Shown piece by piece: positions 1 through 9,900 of a stretch of 32,000 bases of DNA (the first letter of the stretch is position 1; each line of letters starts with the position of its first letter). Made by a program: the position numbers and the translations under genes. Location: NCBI RefSeq assembly GCF_947495845.1, contig NZ_CANMAO010000014.1, forward strand, positions 57,596 to 89,595. Direction: 5' to 3'. This DNA comes from an uncultured Endozoicomonas sp. GTDB taxonomy: Bacteria; Pseudomonadota; Gammaproteobacteria; Pseudomonadales; Endozoicomonadaceae. A model generated the notes under the pieces. It was given only the letters and a program-made list of their open reading frames with translations. It was not told the DNA's origin and did no database searches.

Positions 1-562
1 TGATATTACTCTGGATATCAACGTTGTGCTGGAAGGCAATGTTGTACTGGGTGATAACGTCATTATCGAACCGGGCTGCATCATCCGAAACTCAGTGGTA
101 GGTGCTGGCGCCATTATCAAAGCAAACTCCATTCTGGAAGATGCGGTGGTTGCTGCACAGTGTGAAGTGGGGCCATTTGCTCGCCTTCGCCCGGGTGCAG
201 AGCTGCAGGAAAAGGCCCGTGTGGGTAACTTTGTTGAAATCAAAAAATCCATTATTGGTAAAGGCAGCAAGGTAAACCACCTGAGCTATGTTGGTGATGC
301 TGAATTAGGCGACAACGTGAATGTAGGTGCTGGCACCATCACCTGTAACTACGACGGTGTCAATAAATTCAAAACAGTGATCGGTGATGGCGCCTTTATT
401 GGCAGTAACAGTGCCTTGGTCGCGCCGGTCACCATCGGCCGCGGTGCCACCAGTGGCGCAGGTTCTACCATCACCCGTGATATTCCGGATGAGCAGCTTG
501 GCGTTGCTCGTGGGCGCCAGCGCAATCTCGATGGCTGGCAGCGTCCGGTTAAAAAGCATTAA
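1..562 (+). CDS. glmU: GlmU (bifunctional UDP-GlcNAc pyrophosphorylase / GlcN-1-P acetyltransferase), C-terminal part only. The 5' end lies outside the window.
   Basis: The frame is open from nt 2, and the track start at 26 is an internal GTG. The translation [34 protein letters not shown]...[13 protein letters not shown]... is a run of hexapeptide left-handed beta-helix repeats, typical of the GlmU acetyltransferase domain. It sits directly upstream of glmS, as in the conserved glmUS pair. Confidence 0.9.
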   Translation, partial: DITLDINVVLEGNVVLGDNVIIEPGCIIRNSVVGAGAIIKANSILEDAVVAAQCEVGPFARLRPGAELQEKARVGNFVEIKKSIIGKGSKVNHLSYVGDAELGDNVNVGAGTITCNYDGVNKFKTVIGDGAFIGSNSALVAPVTIGRGATSGAGSTITRDIPDEQLGVARGRQRNLDGWQRPVKKH

Positions 563-593
563 TTGATTATTGAATTAGTAAAAGGTTAACACT

Positions 594-2426
594 ATGTGTG
601 GGATTATCGGTGCCGTAGCGCAAAGGGATGTGGCTGAAATATTATTAGAAGGCCTTCGTCGTCTTGAATATCGAGGTTATGACTCTGCCGGCCTTGCGGT
701 GGTTGATAACAGTGATGAGCTGCATCGTGTACGCCGTATTGGCAAGGTTGCAGAATTGACAGATGCCGTTTCCCAGAGCCCTGTTCATGGCGGCACTGGC
801 ATTGCTCATACCCGCTGGGCGACTCACGGTGAGCCCAGTGAACGCAATGCACACCCACACGTTTCCGGTGATCGTTTCGTTGTGGTGCACAATGGCATCA
901 TCGAAAATCACGAAACCCTGAGAGTTTTATTGCAGAATGAAGGCTTTGAGTTCACTTCGGGTACGGATACAGAAGTCATTGTTCACTTAGTAAACCACGA
1001 ACAACAGAAAGGCGGCACATTGCTGGAAGCCGTTCAGCGCACAGTGACACAACTGGAAGGCGCCTATGGCATGGTGGTGATGGATCGAACGGATTCAGAC
1101 CGACTGATTGTTGCCCGCTCTGGCAGCCCGCTGGTGATTGGCCTGGGTCTGGGTGAAAACTTCATCGCCTCTGATCAACTGGCACTGTTCCCGGTCACCC
1201 GTCGTTTTATGTATCTGGAAGAAGGTGATGTTGCAGAAGTGACTCGTACCGATGTTACGGTTCTTGATAGCAACGGTCATCCGGTAGAGCGTGAGGCCAG
1301 AGACAGTGATATTGAGCACGATGCTGGTGATAAAGGTCAATATCGCCACTACATGCTCAAAGAGATTCATGAGCAGCCAGAGGCGCTCACAAATACGCTG
1401 GAAGGTCGTCTGGGTGAACATCAGGTGAATCTGAGTGTTCTGGGTAAAGAAGGGCGGGAACTGCTGAATCGTACCCGTGCCGTTCAAATTGTTGCCTGTG
1501 GCACCAGCTATAACTCAGCAATGGTTGCACGGTACTGGTTTGAAGAGTTGGCAGGCATCCCTTGTCGTGTAGAAATTGCCTCTGAATTCCGTTATCGGAA
1601 ATTCTTTGTGCCGGAAGACTGCTTGTTTATCACGCTGTCTCAATCCGGTGAAACCGCCGATACCCTGGCGGCGCTTAAACTGGCCAAAGAGCTGGGCTAC
1701 ATGGCTACCCTGGCGATTTGTAACGTACCCGGTTCATCTATGGTGCGTGAATCTGACATGGCGTTGATGACCCATGCCGGCGCAGAGATTGGTGTGGCTT
1801 CCACCAAAGCATTTACCACTCAGTTGGCAAATCTGCTGCTACTGGTGACCGCCGTAGGTCGCCATACGGGCATGACGGCAGAACAAGAGGCATCTGTCGT
1901 ATCAGCACTAAAGGCACTGCCACAGATTCTGAAAAGCACGCTATCCATGAGTGATGATATTGAGAAGATGGCGGAAGCGTTTGCAGACAAACATCACAGT
2001 CTGTTCCTTGGCCGTGGCTCTCAGTACCCCATTGCCATGGAAGGTGCGCTAAAGCTCAAGGAAATATCCTACATTCACGCAGAAGCCTATGCCGCCGGTG
2101 AACTGAAGCATGGCCCGTTGGCGCTGATCGACAATGACATGCCTGTCATCGTGGTTGCCCCCAACAATGATCTGCTGGAAAAACTGAAATCCAATATGGA
2201 AGAAGTTCGTGCAAGAGGTGGTCAGCTGTTTGTGTTTGCCGATCGCAATGCCAGCCTGAAAAATGGCGAAGGTGTTCAGGTTCTACCAGTAGAAGCATCA
2301 CCAGAAATTATTGCGCCGATTGTTTATACAGTTCCTCTACAACTGTTGTCGTATTATGTGGCAGTGATTAAAGGGACAGATGTGGATCAGCCGCGAAATC
2401 TGGCGAAATCGGTGACTGTCGAATAA
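594..2426 (+). CDS. glmS: Glutamine--fructose-6-phosphate aminotransferase (isomerizing)
   Basis: 610 aa. The N-terminus MCGIIGAV carries the Cys2 Ntn-amidotransferase nucleophile. SIS-domain motifs are present ([18 protein letters not shown]). The C-terminus ...LAKSVTVE and the length are canonical. Confidence 0.97.
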   Translation: MCGIIGAVAQRDVAEILLEGLRRLEYRGYDSAGLAVVDNSDELHRVRRIGKVAELTDAVSQSPVHGGTGIAHTRWATHGEPSERNAHPHVSGDRFVVVHNGIIENHETLRVLLQNEGFEFTSGTDTEVIVHLVNHEQQKGGTLLEAVQRTVTQLEGAYGMVVMDRTDSDRLIVARSGSPLVIGLGLGENFIASDQLALFPVTRRFMYLEEGDVAEVTRTDVTVLDSNGHPVEREARDSDIEHDAGDKGQYRHYMLKEIHEQPEALTNTLEGRLGEHQVNLSVLGKEGRELLNRTRAVQIVACGTSYNSAMVARYWFEELAGIPCRVEIASEFRYRKFFVPEDCLFITLSQSGETADTLAALKLAKELGYMATLAICNVPGSSMVRESDMALMTHAGAEIGVASTKAFTTQLANLLLLVTAVGRHTGMTAEQEASVVSALKALPQILKSTLSMSDDIEKMAEAFADKHHSLFLGRGSQYPIAMEGALKLKEISYIHAEAYAAGELKHGPLALIDNDMPVIVVAPNNDLLEKLKSNMEEVRARGGQLFVFADRNASLKNGEGVQVLPVEASPEIIAPIVYTVPLQLLSYYVAVIKGTDVDQPRNLAKSVTVE

Positions 2427-2575
2427 TTTCGAAGGCTGCGAGCTGATAATGGAAAGGTATTCATAGAGTATAAGCGATGGATTGTATTGGCCATCAGTGA
2501 TCATTGGAGGATACATTGATGAACGCATAACTTGCATTAGACGCCACGGACTGGGGTTAAAAAAGAGAGTTCATT

Positions 2576-2845
2576 ATGGATAATTTAGCTTACCTGGGTT
2601 ACATAGCAGCCTTCTGCACAACCTATTCTTTTGTACCTCAGGTATTGTATATTCTGAAAACAAAAGACACTCGATCCATTTCTTTGGGGATGTATTCCAT
2701 TTTTGTTACCGGTGTTTTCTTTTGGCTGATCTACGGCATTACGCTGGATGAAACCCCGATTATCATTGCTAATCTGATTACTTTGATTCTGTCGAGTATA
2801 ATTCTGATTTTGAAGGTCAGAGATGTTATGCGGGCAAGGCAATAA
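2576..2845 (+). CDS. SemiSWEET / PQ-loop family small membrane transporter (3 TM helices)
   Basis: 89 aa with three hydrophobic helices. PQ motif in TM1 (TYSFVPQVLYILKTKDTRSIS), W..YG in TM2 (FFWLIYGI), and N in TM3 (IIANLITLI). This is the usual bacterial SemiSWEET pattern. Confidence 0.75.
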   Translation: MDNLAYLGYIAAFCTTYSFVPQVLYILKTKDTRSISLGMYSIFVTGVFFWLIYGITLDETPIIIANLITLILSSIILILKVRDVMRARQ

Positions 2846-2862
2846 TGTGTAATTAGAGAATG

Positions 2863-2885
2863 ACCAGCTCCTTCTTAGAGCTGGT
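2863..2885. terminator. Hairpin between convergent genes (possible bidirectional terminator)
   Basis: accagctc (2863-2870) pairs with gagctggt (2878-2885) around a 7-nt loop. It lies between the stop codons of the SemiSWEET gene (+) and the GST gene (-). There is no clear U-tract. Confidence 0.3.
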
Positions 2886-2897
2886 TAAAACTAACAT

Positions 2898-3503
2898 TTA
2901 GCCAAATGACAAAGCCGCTTGAAATGCCTTTCGCTCAGAAATTTTCTGTATATACGCCTGAATTGCAGGGTAGTTTTCCAACATGCCAAGGTTTTTGGCA
3001 AAGAGTAGAGTATTCACCATCATGATATCCGCCGCAGTGAAATCTTCGCCAGCAAGGTAAGAGGAAGATTGCAGGGTGCTGTTGATGTATCCAAAGTCCA
3101 GTTCAAACTCTTTCTGTGCATAACCAAAGACAGGTGCAGACTGATCCTCCATCTCCCCAAGAAAGAGTTTCAATAGCACCGGCAGCATGGCCGAACCTTC
3201 TACAAAGTGCATCCACTGTTGGTAGACATAATATTCTGGTGAACCTTTCGCTGGACGAAGTTGATCGGGTGCATACTGATCCAGCAAGTATTCAAGTATT
3301 GCGGCAGATTCCACCAGTACTAATCCGTTGTCTTCTACAATCGGTGCCTTACCCAGAGGATGAACTTCTCTCATGGAATGTGGCGCCAGTCGAGTTTGTG
3401 GGTCTCGCTGATAATCTATTCGCTGATATTCAACACCGATCTCTTCCAGAAGCCACAGCACGCGGGTTGATCGAGATTGTTCCAGATGGTGAACTTTAAT
3501 CAT
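2898..3503 (-). CDS. Glutathione S-transferase family protein
   Basis: 201 aa. N-terminal thioredoxin-like GST domain (MIKVHHLEQSRSTRVLWLLEEIGV...HPLGKAPIVEDNGLVLVESAAILEYLLDQY) followed by an alpha-helical C-terminal domain. Confidence 0.85.
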   Translation of the reverse strand: MIKVHHLEQSRSTRVLWLLEEIGVEYQRIDYQRDPQTRLAPHSMREVHPLGKAPIVEDNGLVLVESAAILEYLLDQYAPDQLRPAKGSPEYYVYQQWMHFVEGSAMLPVLLKLFLGEMEDQSAPVFGYAQKEFELDFGYINSTLQSSSYLAGEDFTAADIMMVNTLLFAKNLGMLENYPAIQAYIQKISERKAFQAALSFG

Positions 3504-3726
3504 AAGAGTACCTTCGATAGGTGAATGTGGATGTTCTGTTTATGGAAACAATGAGCTTATGAAATGGTGAGTCATGGTAGCACGACGCCGTAGTATGGTT
3601 TGGCCAGAAACGCATAATAGCCAGGTATGGGTAAGGTAGTGTCGGGATATATCGCTTGTTATATTCGATACAGCCTGTTCCGATCACAGGTAGCCTGGTC
3701 ACCTTAAAGAAACAAGGAGCACAGAC

Positions 3727-3852
3727 ATGGTGCATCGACGGAAAAATAAGATAAGATGTGCCCACATAACAATAACAATAACAACCACCGCACGGCGATC
3801 CGCTGGCAGGAGTATCCAGTGTCACCCTCCCTTCCTATTTCCTGGCGCATGA
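3727..3852 (+). CDS. Candidate 41-aa upstream/leader ORF (MVHRRKNKIRCAHITITITTTARRSAGRSIQCHPPFLFPGA)
   Basis: ATG at 3727 lies 7 nt after a strong AAGGAG (3714-3719). The ORF contains 8 consecutive Ile/Thr codons (ATA ACA ATA ACA ATA ACA ACC ACC). Its TGA overlaps the ATG at 3849 of the next ORF (ATGA). It is absent from the supplied track because it is under 60 aa. Confidence 0.3.
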   Translation: MVHRRKNKIRCAHITITITTTARRSAGRSIQCHPPFLFPGA

Positions 3853-4349
3853 AACGACTTTATGTGCGTTTTATGTTGGCCTTCCTTGGTCATGGCTTAG
3901 CCAAGGCTTCAAGGTCGGACAAAATTATCAGTAAAGAAACAGCATCACTAAGAGATGGCTTCACTTTCTCTATGGGAGTTATGCCAAATGGCCCTGAGCT
4001 GCATATGCGGAAAGATAATCGTGGTTTAGTAAAGGTTGCTAAACCAGCAGGGAAGCCAGATCTTGATATTCAGTTCAAACACCTTGGCCATGCCTTTGGC
4101 ACATTATCTTTTCAGGAAGGTACTGCAGAGGCATTTGCTCGTGAGCGTATGGTCGTTGATGGCGACATACCAGCGTCTATGAAACTGGTACGTTGTTTTG
4201 AACGAATAGAAATTCTGACGCTGCCGAAACTGATTGCCTGTCGAATTATGCGTCATTATCCATCAATAAAAATAACTGAAAAGCTTGTCGGCGCAGCTCA
4301 GATTTATCTGGGTGTCATGGCTGGATTTGTTACGGGGAATAAAAAATGA
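3849..4349 (+). CDS. SCP2 (sterol-carrier)-like domain protein with a hydrophobic C-terminus. The function is unknown.
   Basis: I chose the ATG at 3849. An alternative is GTG 3819, which follows AGGAG at 3808-3812. The track start at 3756 has no SD and encodes a poly-Asn tract. The segment DLDIQFKHLGHAFGTLSFQEGTAEAFARERMVVDGDIPASMKLVRCFE resembles the SCP2 C-terminal pattern (..F..G.l.v.Gd...amKl). The stop overlaps the start of the downstream Fe-ADH gene (ATGA). Confidence 0.5.
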   Translation: MKRLYVRFMLAFLGHGLAKASRSDKIISKETASLRDGFTFSMGVMPNGPELHMRKDNRGLVKVAKPAGKPDLDIQFKHLGHAFGTLSFQEGTAEAFARERMVVDGDIPASMKLVRCFERIEILTLPKLIACRIMRHYPSIKITEKLVGAAQIYLGVMAGFVTGNKK

Positions 4350-5530
4350 GCCGCAGTTTCTATGAATTCATGAATCCGGTGAAAATCGTTTCGGGCACAG
4401 AAGCACTTGAACATATACCCTTTGAACTGGCTAGCCTTGGTGTTAAAAGGCCGTTGATCATTACTGATGCTGGTGTCGTAAAAGTTGGGCTGGTAGAGCC
4501 TGTGACGCGGGCATTGATGGTCAGTGATTTTCCGGTTGCAGGTGTCTACAGTGATGTGCCACCAGACTCTTCTACGACCGTAGTGACCAGTATTGCCAGA
4601 ACGTACCGGGAAAGTGGCGCTGATGGCATTATTGCGATTGGTGGGGGTTCGGTAATCGATACTTCCAAGGCCGTTAATATTCTGGTGTCAGAAGGTGGCG
4701 ATGACTTGTTGGCCTACAGCGGCGCAGGGGCATTGACCAAACGACTGAAGCCTTTATTTATTCTGCCTACTACCGCTGGAACCGGCTCGGAAGTTACCCG
4801 AGTCGCTGTTATCAGAGATGATGAGACCGGTCGAAAAACACCTTATGCATCGGCATTTTTGATGCCAGATGTTGCGGTTCTTGACCCAAGAATGACTCTG
4901 ACATTGCCCCCACACATTACAGCTGCAACCGCTATGGATGCATTAACTCATAGCGTTGAGTCATTCCTTGGCACTGCCAAAAATCCTATCAGTGATGCCT
5001 ATGCGGTTTCAGCCATTAAAATGATTAGAGGAAACCTGCCATTGGTGTTGGCTGAACCAAACAACAGTAATGCAAGGCTAAAACTGGCAGAAGCGGCCTG
5101 TATGGCGGGTGTTGCATTTTCAAATTCAATGGTTGGTCTTGTTCACGCAATTGGGCATTCCATTGGTGCAATTACACATCTGCCTCATGGTGTGTGCATG
5201 AGCATCATGTTGCCCTATGTGCTGGAGTACAATCTGGCAGAGTGCAATGATGAAATTGCCGAACTACTGTTGCCACTGGCAGGTGCTGAGGTTTATAGCC
5301 AAACTGCAGCTGGCCAGCGTGCATCCAAAGCCATTGAAGTCATCAGGGCATTACGGGATGAGCTTTTTGATAAGACTGGCTTGCCTCGTACGCTTTCAGA
5401 GTCTGGAAAGGTTGAGCAAACCCAGCTGGAAGACATTGCCCGTATGAGTATTGATGACGGCGCGCTTCTTTATAATCGGGTAGATGCCAGTTATGAACAG
5501 GTGCTGGAGTTGTTGAAATCTGCCTGGTAA
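4346..5530 (+). CDS. Iron-containing (group III) alcohol dehydrogenase family oxidoreductase
   Basis: 394 aa. GGGSVIDTSKA nucleotide-binding motif. Metal-binding His cluster (VHAIGHSIGAITHLPHG) and DALTH motif. The length is typical of Fe-ADH. Confidence 0.9.
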   Translation: MSRSFYEFMNPVKIVSGTEALEHIPFELASLGVKRPLIITDAGVVKVGLVEPVTRALMVSDFPVAGVYSDVPPDSSTTVVTSIARTYRESGADGIIAIGGGSVIDTSKAVNILVSEGGDDLLAYSGAGALTKRLKPLFILPTTAGTGSEVTRVAVIRDDETGRKTPYASAFLMPDVAVLDPRMTLTLPPHITAATAMDALTHSVESFLGTAKNPISDAYAVSAIKMIRGNLPLVLAEPNNSNARLKLAEAACMAGVAFSNSMVGLVHAIGHSIGAITHLPHGVCMSIMLPYVLEYNLAECNDEIAELLLPLAGAEVYSQTAAGQRASKAIEVIRALRDELFDKTGLPRTLSESGKVEQTQLEDIARMSIDDGALLYNRVDASYEQVLELLKSAW

Positions 5531-5545
5531 ACCATTACAAAATCA

Positions 5546-5567
5546 CAGGGCTTAACATTAAGCCCTG
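5546..5567 (+). terminator. Hairpin just downstream of the Fe-ADH gene (possible terminator)
   Basis: cagggcttaa (5546-5555) pairs with ttaagccctg (5558-5567), an almost perfect palindrome starting 16 nt after the stop. There is no U-tract. Confidence 0.35.
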
Positions 5568-5679
5568 ACTCTCATTACATTATCTCAACCAACATACTGA
5601 AATCTTCCCTTAAACTTTTGCGGGATTAGCTGGCCTGTGCTTTCTTTAGACCATCCAGATTCCCGGTGGGAGTATTCGC

Positions 5680-5976
5680 TTGAAGCAATGGTTGAATCGA
5701 ATAGGCAAAGCGCTTGAGCCACTTATGCTGGTTATGGGGCTTGTTAGCCCTGTTGCCACTATCCCGCAAATCGTCAAATTGTACTTTACCCACAGTGAAC
5801 ATGCCGGCGGTTTATCTATCACGACTTGGGGTATGTATACAATGATTGCCCTACTCTGGACGATTTACGGACTGTATCATCAAAACCCTACCATCTGGGT
5901 TGGTAACGGGTTTGGGTTTCTTGCCTATTTAGTGGTTGTCGTGGGTATTTTTATCCGGGTGGGGTGGACGTTTTAA
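5680..5976 (+). CDS. SemiSWEET-like / PQ-loop small membrane protein (second copy in the window)
   Basis: 98 aa from a TTG start, with an internal Met (MLVMGL) as an alternative. PQ motif (VATIPQIVKLYFTH), W..YG (LLWTIYGLY), and N in the third helix (WVGNGFGF). Confidence 0.6.
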   Translation: MKQWLNRIGKALEPLMLVMGLVSPVATIPQIVKLYFTHSEHAGGLSITTWGMYTMIALLWTIYGLYHQNPTIWVGNGFGFLAYLVVVVGIFIRVGWTF

Positions 5977-5991
5977 AGTTTTCTTCTCCAG

Positions 5992-6963
5992 TCATTTTAA
6001 TAGATTGCGTATGTCTTCTTCGAGGCGGGTATCAAGCATAATTGCTTCCTGCTCAAGCCAGATTTCTTGCTCGACCAGGCTATTTAATAAGGGATGATTT
6101 CGGTAATGCTTGCTGTATGGGCAAATGTCAGTTCGCCACAAAGTCTTGCCGGCTTTTATTTTCTGAGCAAAGTGAGTCTGGTAGTCACTCCACCACTCAG
6201 GAATCAAGAGCTTGATCGGTTTATCAAGGGAACGAGCCAGCTGTGCTGCAATATCCAGCCCTTTTTGATCCAGATCGCCAAAATGGCACCACTGAAAATT
6301 TTGCAACGCAGATAAAAACCGTAAAGTAAGTTTGTAATTGTTACCCGGAACAAAAATGGCCATCACTGGCTTGGGCAAAGGTAGATGTTGCCAGGCTCCA
6401 GCATTCTCCACAGTGATTATCTGGACGGGTTCATCGCACTGAATAGACGTCAGTTGGCTTAGTGCTTTTTCATTAAGAATAATCGCATCCGCAAAATCCA
6501 TTTCTTCCAGGCAATCGATCACTCTCGAGGAAAAGTGTAACTGGCATGAGGTTCTGGTGCGTAACTGGATTATTTCACTATCCAGTGTTTCCAGATGAGT
6601 GTCGATTGAGGTTGTCTTTTTGGAATGCTCACCCCAAACGGCATTTTTTACCCGACTGTGCAGTGTTACTGGCAGCGGTGAGACCAGATGTTTTTTGAGG
6701 AATTCTTCTCTGGTTTCGTCGGGCTCAAAAGCAGTCTGCCATTGTTCGCCGTAGTGCGAATGCATATACGACAACAGGCTATTACGATCAGCTTTTGATC
6801 TCAGAGCAAACTGGTTATTACTCTGCCGCTGAGTGCGTTGTTCTACCCACTCGGCTTCGATCAGAAAGCCCAGAAAAGACGGCTTTTGCCGCCCTTTCTG
6901 ACAGTAACAATCATCAAGTAATGCCAATGCAATTGTAATGGCGTCTTCTGGTGGAAATTTCAC
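5992..6963 (-). CDS. jetD: JetD/MksG-like Toprim-domain nuclease subunit of a Wadjet/MksBEFG system
   Basis: 323 aa. The GTG start overlaps the jetC stop (GTGA). The C-terminal half carries a Toprim-type acidic signature: E186 in IITVENAGAW, D230/D232 in HFGDLDQKGLDI, and a terminal WLEQE motif, as in DUF2220/JetD proteins. It is the last gene of the MukFEB-like operon. Confidence 0.8.
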   Translation of the reverse strand: MKFPPEDAITIALALLDDCYCQKGRQKPSFLGFLIEAEWVEQRTQRQSNNQFALRSKADRNSLLSYMHSHYGEQWQTAFEPDETREEFLKKHLVSPLPVTLHSRVKNAVWGEHSKKTTSIDTHLETLDSEIIQLRTRTSCQLHFSSRVIDCLEEMDFADAIILNEKALSQLTSIQCDEPVQIITVENAGAWQHLPLPKPVMAIFVPGNNYKLTLRFLSALQNFQWCHFGDLDQKGLDIAAQLARSLDKPIKLLIPEWWSDYQTHFAQKIKAGKTLWRTDICPYSKHYRNHPLLNSLVEQEIWLEQEAIMLDTRLEEDIRNLLK

Positions 6964-9900
6964 GACTCACTGGCCTGCGGTAAACGCCCTTTCACACCAG
7001 AGAAAATCACATGTTCATAGGGTTCCATCAGGCGAACCATGCGATAAGTCACGCCATTTTTGGGTAGCACATTGTCTGGAGCTCCAACCATTAGCTGCAG
7101 GGACTGGTGCAGACAAAGCTCCTCCAGCGTTGCCAGAGCTTTGGCATCGAGGCGAGCGGCCTCATCCAGGAATAATAAACGACTTGCGGCGTGTCCTTTG
7201 CCATCCCGGTTATCTGTAGCGACTTCCCAGGAGTGCAGCACCATGGTGAGAATCGCCAGACCTGTACCAATGGCCTCACCAGTAGAGAGATTGGTGGGGT
7301 TAGCCGGTTCATAATGCTGGCTGCCAGCACGTTGAATCAGAATGTTCAGACGAATGTATTCTCTGTAATCCAGCAGTTTGTCACCAACAATTGTGCCGCC
7401 GGTTTCTTTTTTGAACAGATATTCAAGGGCTGCTTCAACCGTCATATCCGGTTTGCGGAACAGGTCTGCGTAAAACTCCTGCTGCAGAGCGTCGAGAATT
7501 TTCTGGAAACTGTCGATGACTTCCAACTCAATTTTGATGGCGCGGATCGTACCAAAATGCACACTGGACAAGGCGGCGTTAAGTTGGTGAATTTGCTTTC
7601 GCTCTTTGTTGATCTTGCGCTGAATGTTCTGACCAAGGCTGTCGGATTCGGCGAGGAAACGCTGCTCAGCATCTTTCAATAAGGTTTCCAGGCGTGTCAG
7701 TCGTTCTTCCAATAACTCCAGATTTTTCCTTGGGTCATCGGACTGGTAGAGCGTTTTGTCTATGCGCTGAGCCAGATGATTCTGGGCATCAATAAAGCAT
7801 TGGAAAAGTCCGGGCAAATGCGTACTGCTGGTCTTCTCAAGCTGTTCCAACAGGCCGCTGTTCTCGCTTTCCAGCACTTTGATCAAGGCTGCTCGGGCAT
7901 CGGCCAGCCCACCCCGCAGGAAATCATCTTCTTGATTCAGCAGGTGATGGGTATTCAGTCGCTGCTGTTGTCCGGACTGCTCCGCCAGTTTCAGGATTTC
8001 TTGATAATTGCTGGTAGCCAGTTGTGCTTTGGGTTCCAGATTATGGATGTCAGCAATGGTATCGCTCAGGCGCTCTTCAAGCTTCTCGCGTTCAGACTTT
8101 GTGGTAATCTGCGTTTCTTTGTGCTGATTGAGTTCCTGATATAGCGCGTTCTTGTCCGACTTGATACGGGCAAGCTGAGCTTCGCACTCTTCTTTAAGGC
8201 CTGGCGTATAAGTCAGCGGGATATCAGCGATCTGTCGGTTAAACTCCGATTGCTGATGCTGATTCTGCTCAATACGGGTATTGATGGTATTGATGTTGAG
8301 ATCAAGGGCGTTGCACTGTTTTCTCAACTGCTCCACATCCTGACTTTGTCGTTTCTGCGATTGTTTTTTCGCCTCGAACTCTTCCTGCAACTGATTCTGC
8401 AGGTTCTCTTTTTCTTCCTGTCGAGTCACTGAACCAGCAAAGCGCAGGTTAGGAGACTGCTCGATGGCGGTATTCAGCAGGTCTTTCTGTCGGTTGTACT
8501 GGCTTATTTGTTTTTTCAAGGCGTCCAGCTCGGCACGCAGAGCATCCAGGTTTTCCACCGGCGGTTGATCAATGTAGAGCCGATGGTCGTTTAATTGATG
8601 AATGGTTTGCTCATGGCTGCTTAGCCAGGCTTTTGCATCATTGGCCAGTTGTAACTGTTCAGCGATGGCTTCCAGAGATTCCCGCTTCGGGTCATCGTTC
8701 AGCAACCAGGCATTGGATTGCCATTGCTCAAGACAGCGAACCACATCGTTCACTACCTTATACTGCTGCTGCGAGCTAGTGAGTGACAGTGCCAGAGATT
8801 CTGCCTGCTCTGCCAAAGCATCCAGCTGGGCTGTACACTCTTCCACAGGCGGTTCTTGAGTACCAAGCCATTGGCTTTTGGCAGAGAGCTGATCAAGACG
8901 TTGCTGAAGCTTTTCAAGCTGTCTTTTATTGATCGCCTGCTCCTGAAGCGTATCGAGCAGTTGCTCTTCCTGTTCACGAAGACGGGCCTGCTCTTTTTCA
9001 CGGGCCAGTCGGCCAATGGTCGGGAACTCGGGTTCTCGGCTTAACCGCGCCATATTACTGGTCATTTCTACCAGTACATTGCCGTCTTCTTTCTGGCCAA
9101 TGGGGGCGTTAAGATAGTCTTCATCTGCAAAGGATTGCCCCGGCTCACCACTGAGCAGCCAGACGTGATCTGGCCGGTCATTTTCTTCCCGGATAATGTT
9201 GGCCGCTTTGGCGATGTCCCGAACCTGAATAGCATGACGCAGCGGGCCAAATTTTGCTTCCAGCCAGGCTGCTTCTTCCAGAGAGATATCGTCGTTATCA
9301 AAGTAATCGCTGATGACCACACCGCCGGTCATTTCAGCCAGCTTCTGCAGTTGTTGCAGCTCTCTGGAGGCTTTGATTTCAAGCTGTGCCATGCGTACCC
9401 GCAAGGTTTCCAGTTCCTTTGCCAATTGCACGCTGGCTTCCAGATTCTCCTGTTGTTCCTGACTGATTTGCTGACGTAACGCAACGAAGTCATTATGATT
9501 GTTCAGCGCAGTATCAGAACGGTTGGCAAGAATCTCCTGGCTGAGTTTGCGGGCATCAAACCAGTGAATATGATCTTTGCGAGCCTGATCCAGTGTGGAT
9601 TGAACCTGATCCTGTTGTCTGACAGTTTGCTGCGCCTGATCTTTTAGTCGCTCAATGTTCTCGAAGGTTTGCTGCTGCTCATGGTTAGCATGGTGTAGCT
9701 GTTCATTCCAGCTGGCTTCATCTTTTACAACCTGTTGCCAGTTGTCCGGCAGTGCGGCCAGTGCTTGCTGAACCTTCTTTAGCTGCATTTTTTCTTGCTG
9801 GCGTTGCTGCTGCTGCTTGACCAGGGTAGTTATTTGCAGGGCTAATGTCGTTTGTTGCTGGTGGTGCTGACGCCAGAAATCGGTACGTGCCGCCGCCTGA

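Noticed and set aside
563-593. glmS ribozyme or other riboswitch in front of glmS
   Set aside because: Only 31 nt separate glmU and glmS, which is too short for the ribozyme. That element is also not expected in proteobacteria, which use GlmY/GlmZ sRNAs encoded elsewhere.
3767-3790. The (AAC/AAT)n tract as a phase-variable simple-sequence contingency locus
   Set aside because: It has only about 6 imperfect triplets. Slippage of a triplet repeat would not shift the frame, and nothing in this single sequence indicates variability.
3756-3848. Track start at 3756, which gives an N-terminal MCPHNNNNNNH... extension on the SCP2-like protein
   Set aside because: There is no ribosome-binding site. 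The poly-Asn comes from an imperfect AAC/AAT repeat. Better starts exist at 3849 (coupled to the uORF) or GTG 3819 (after AGGAG).
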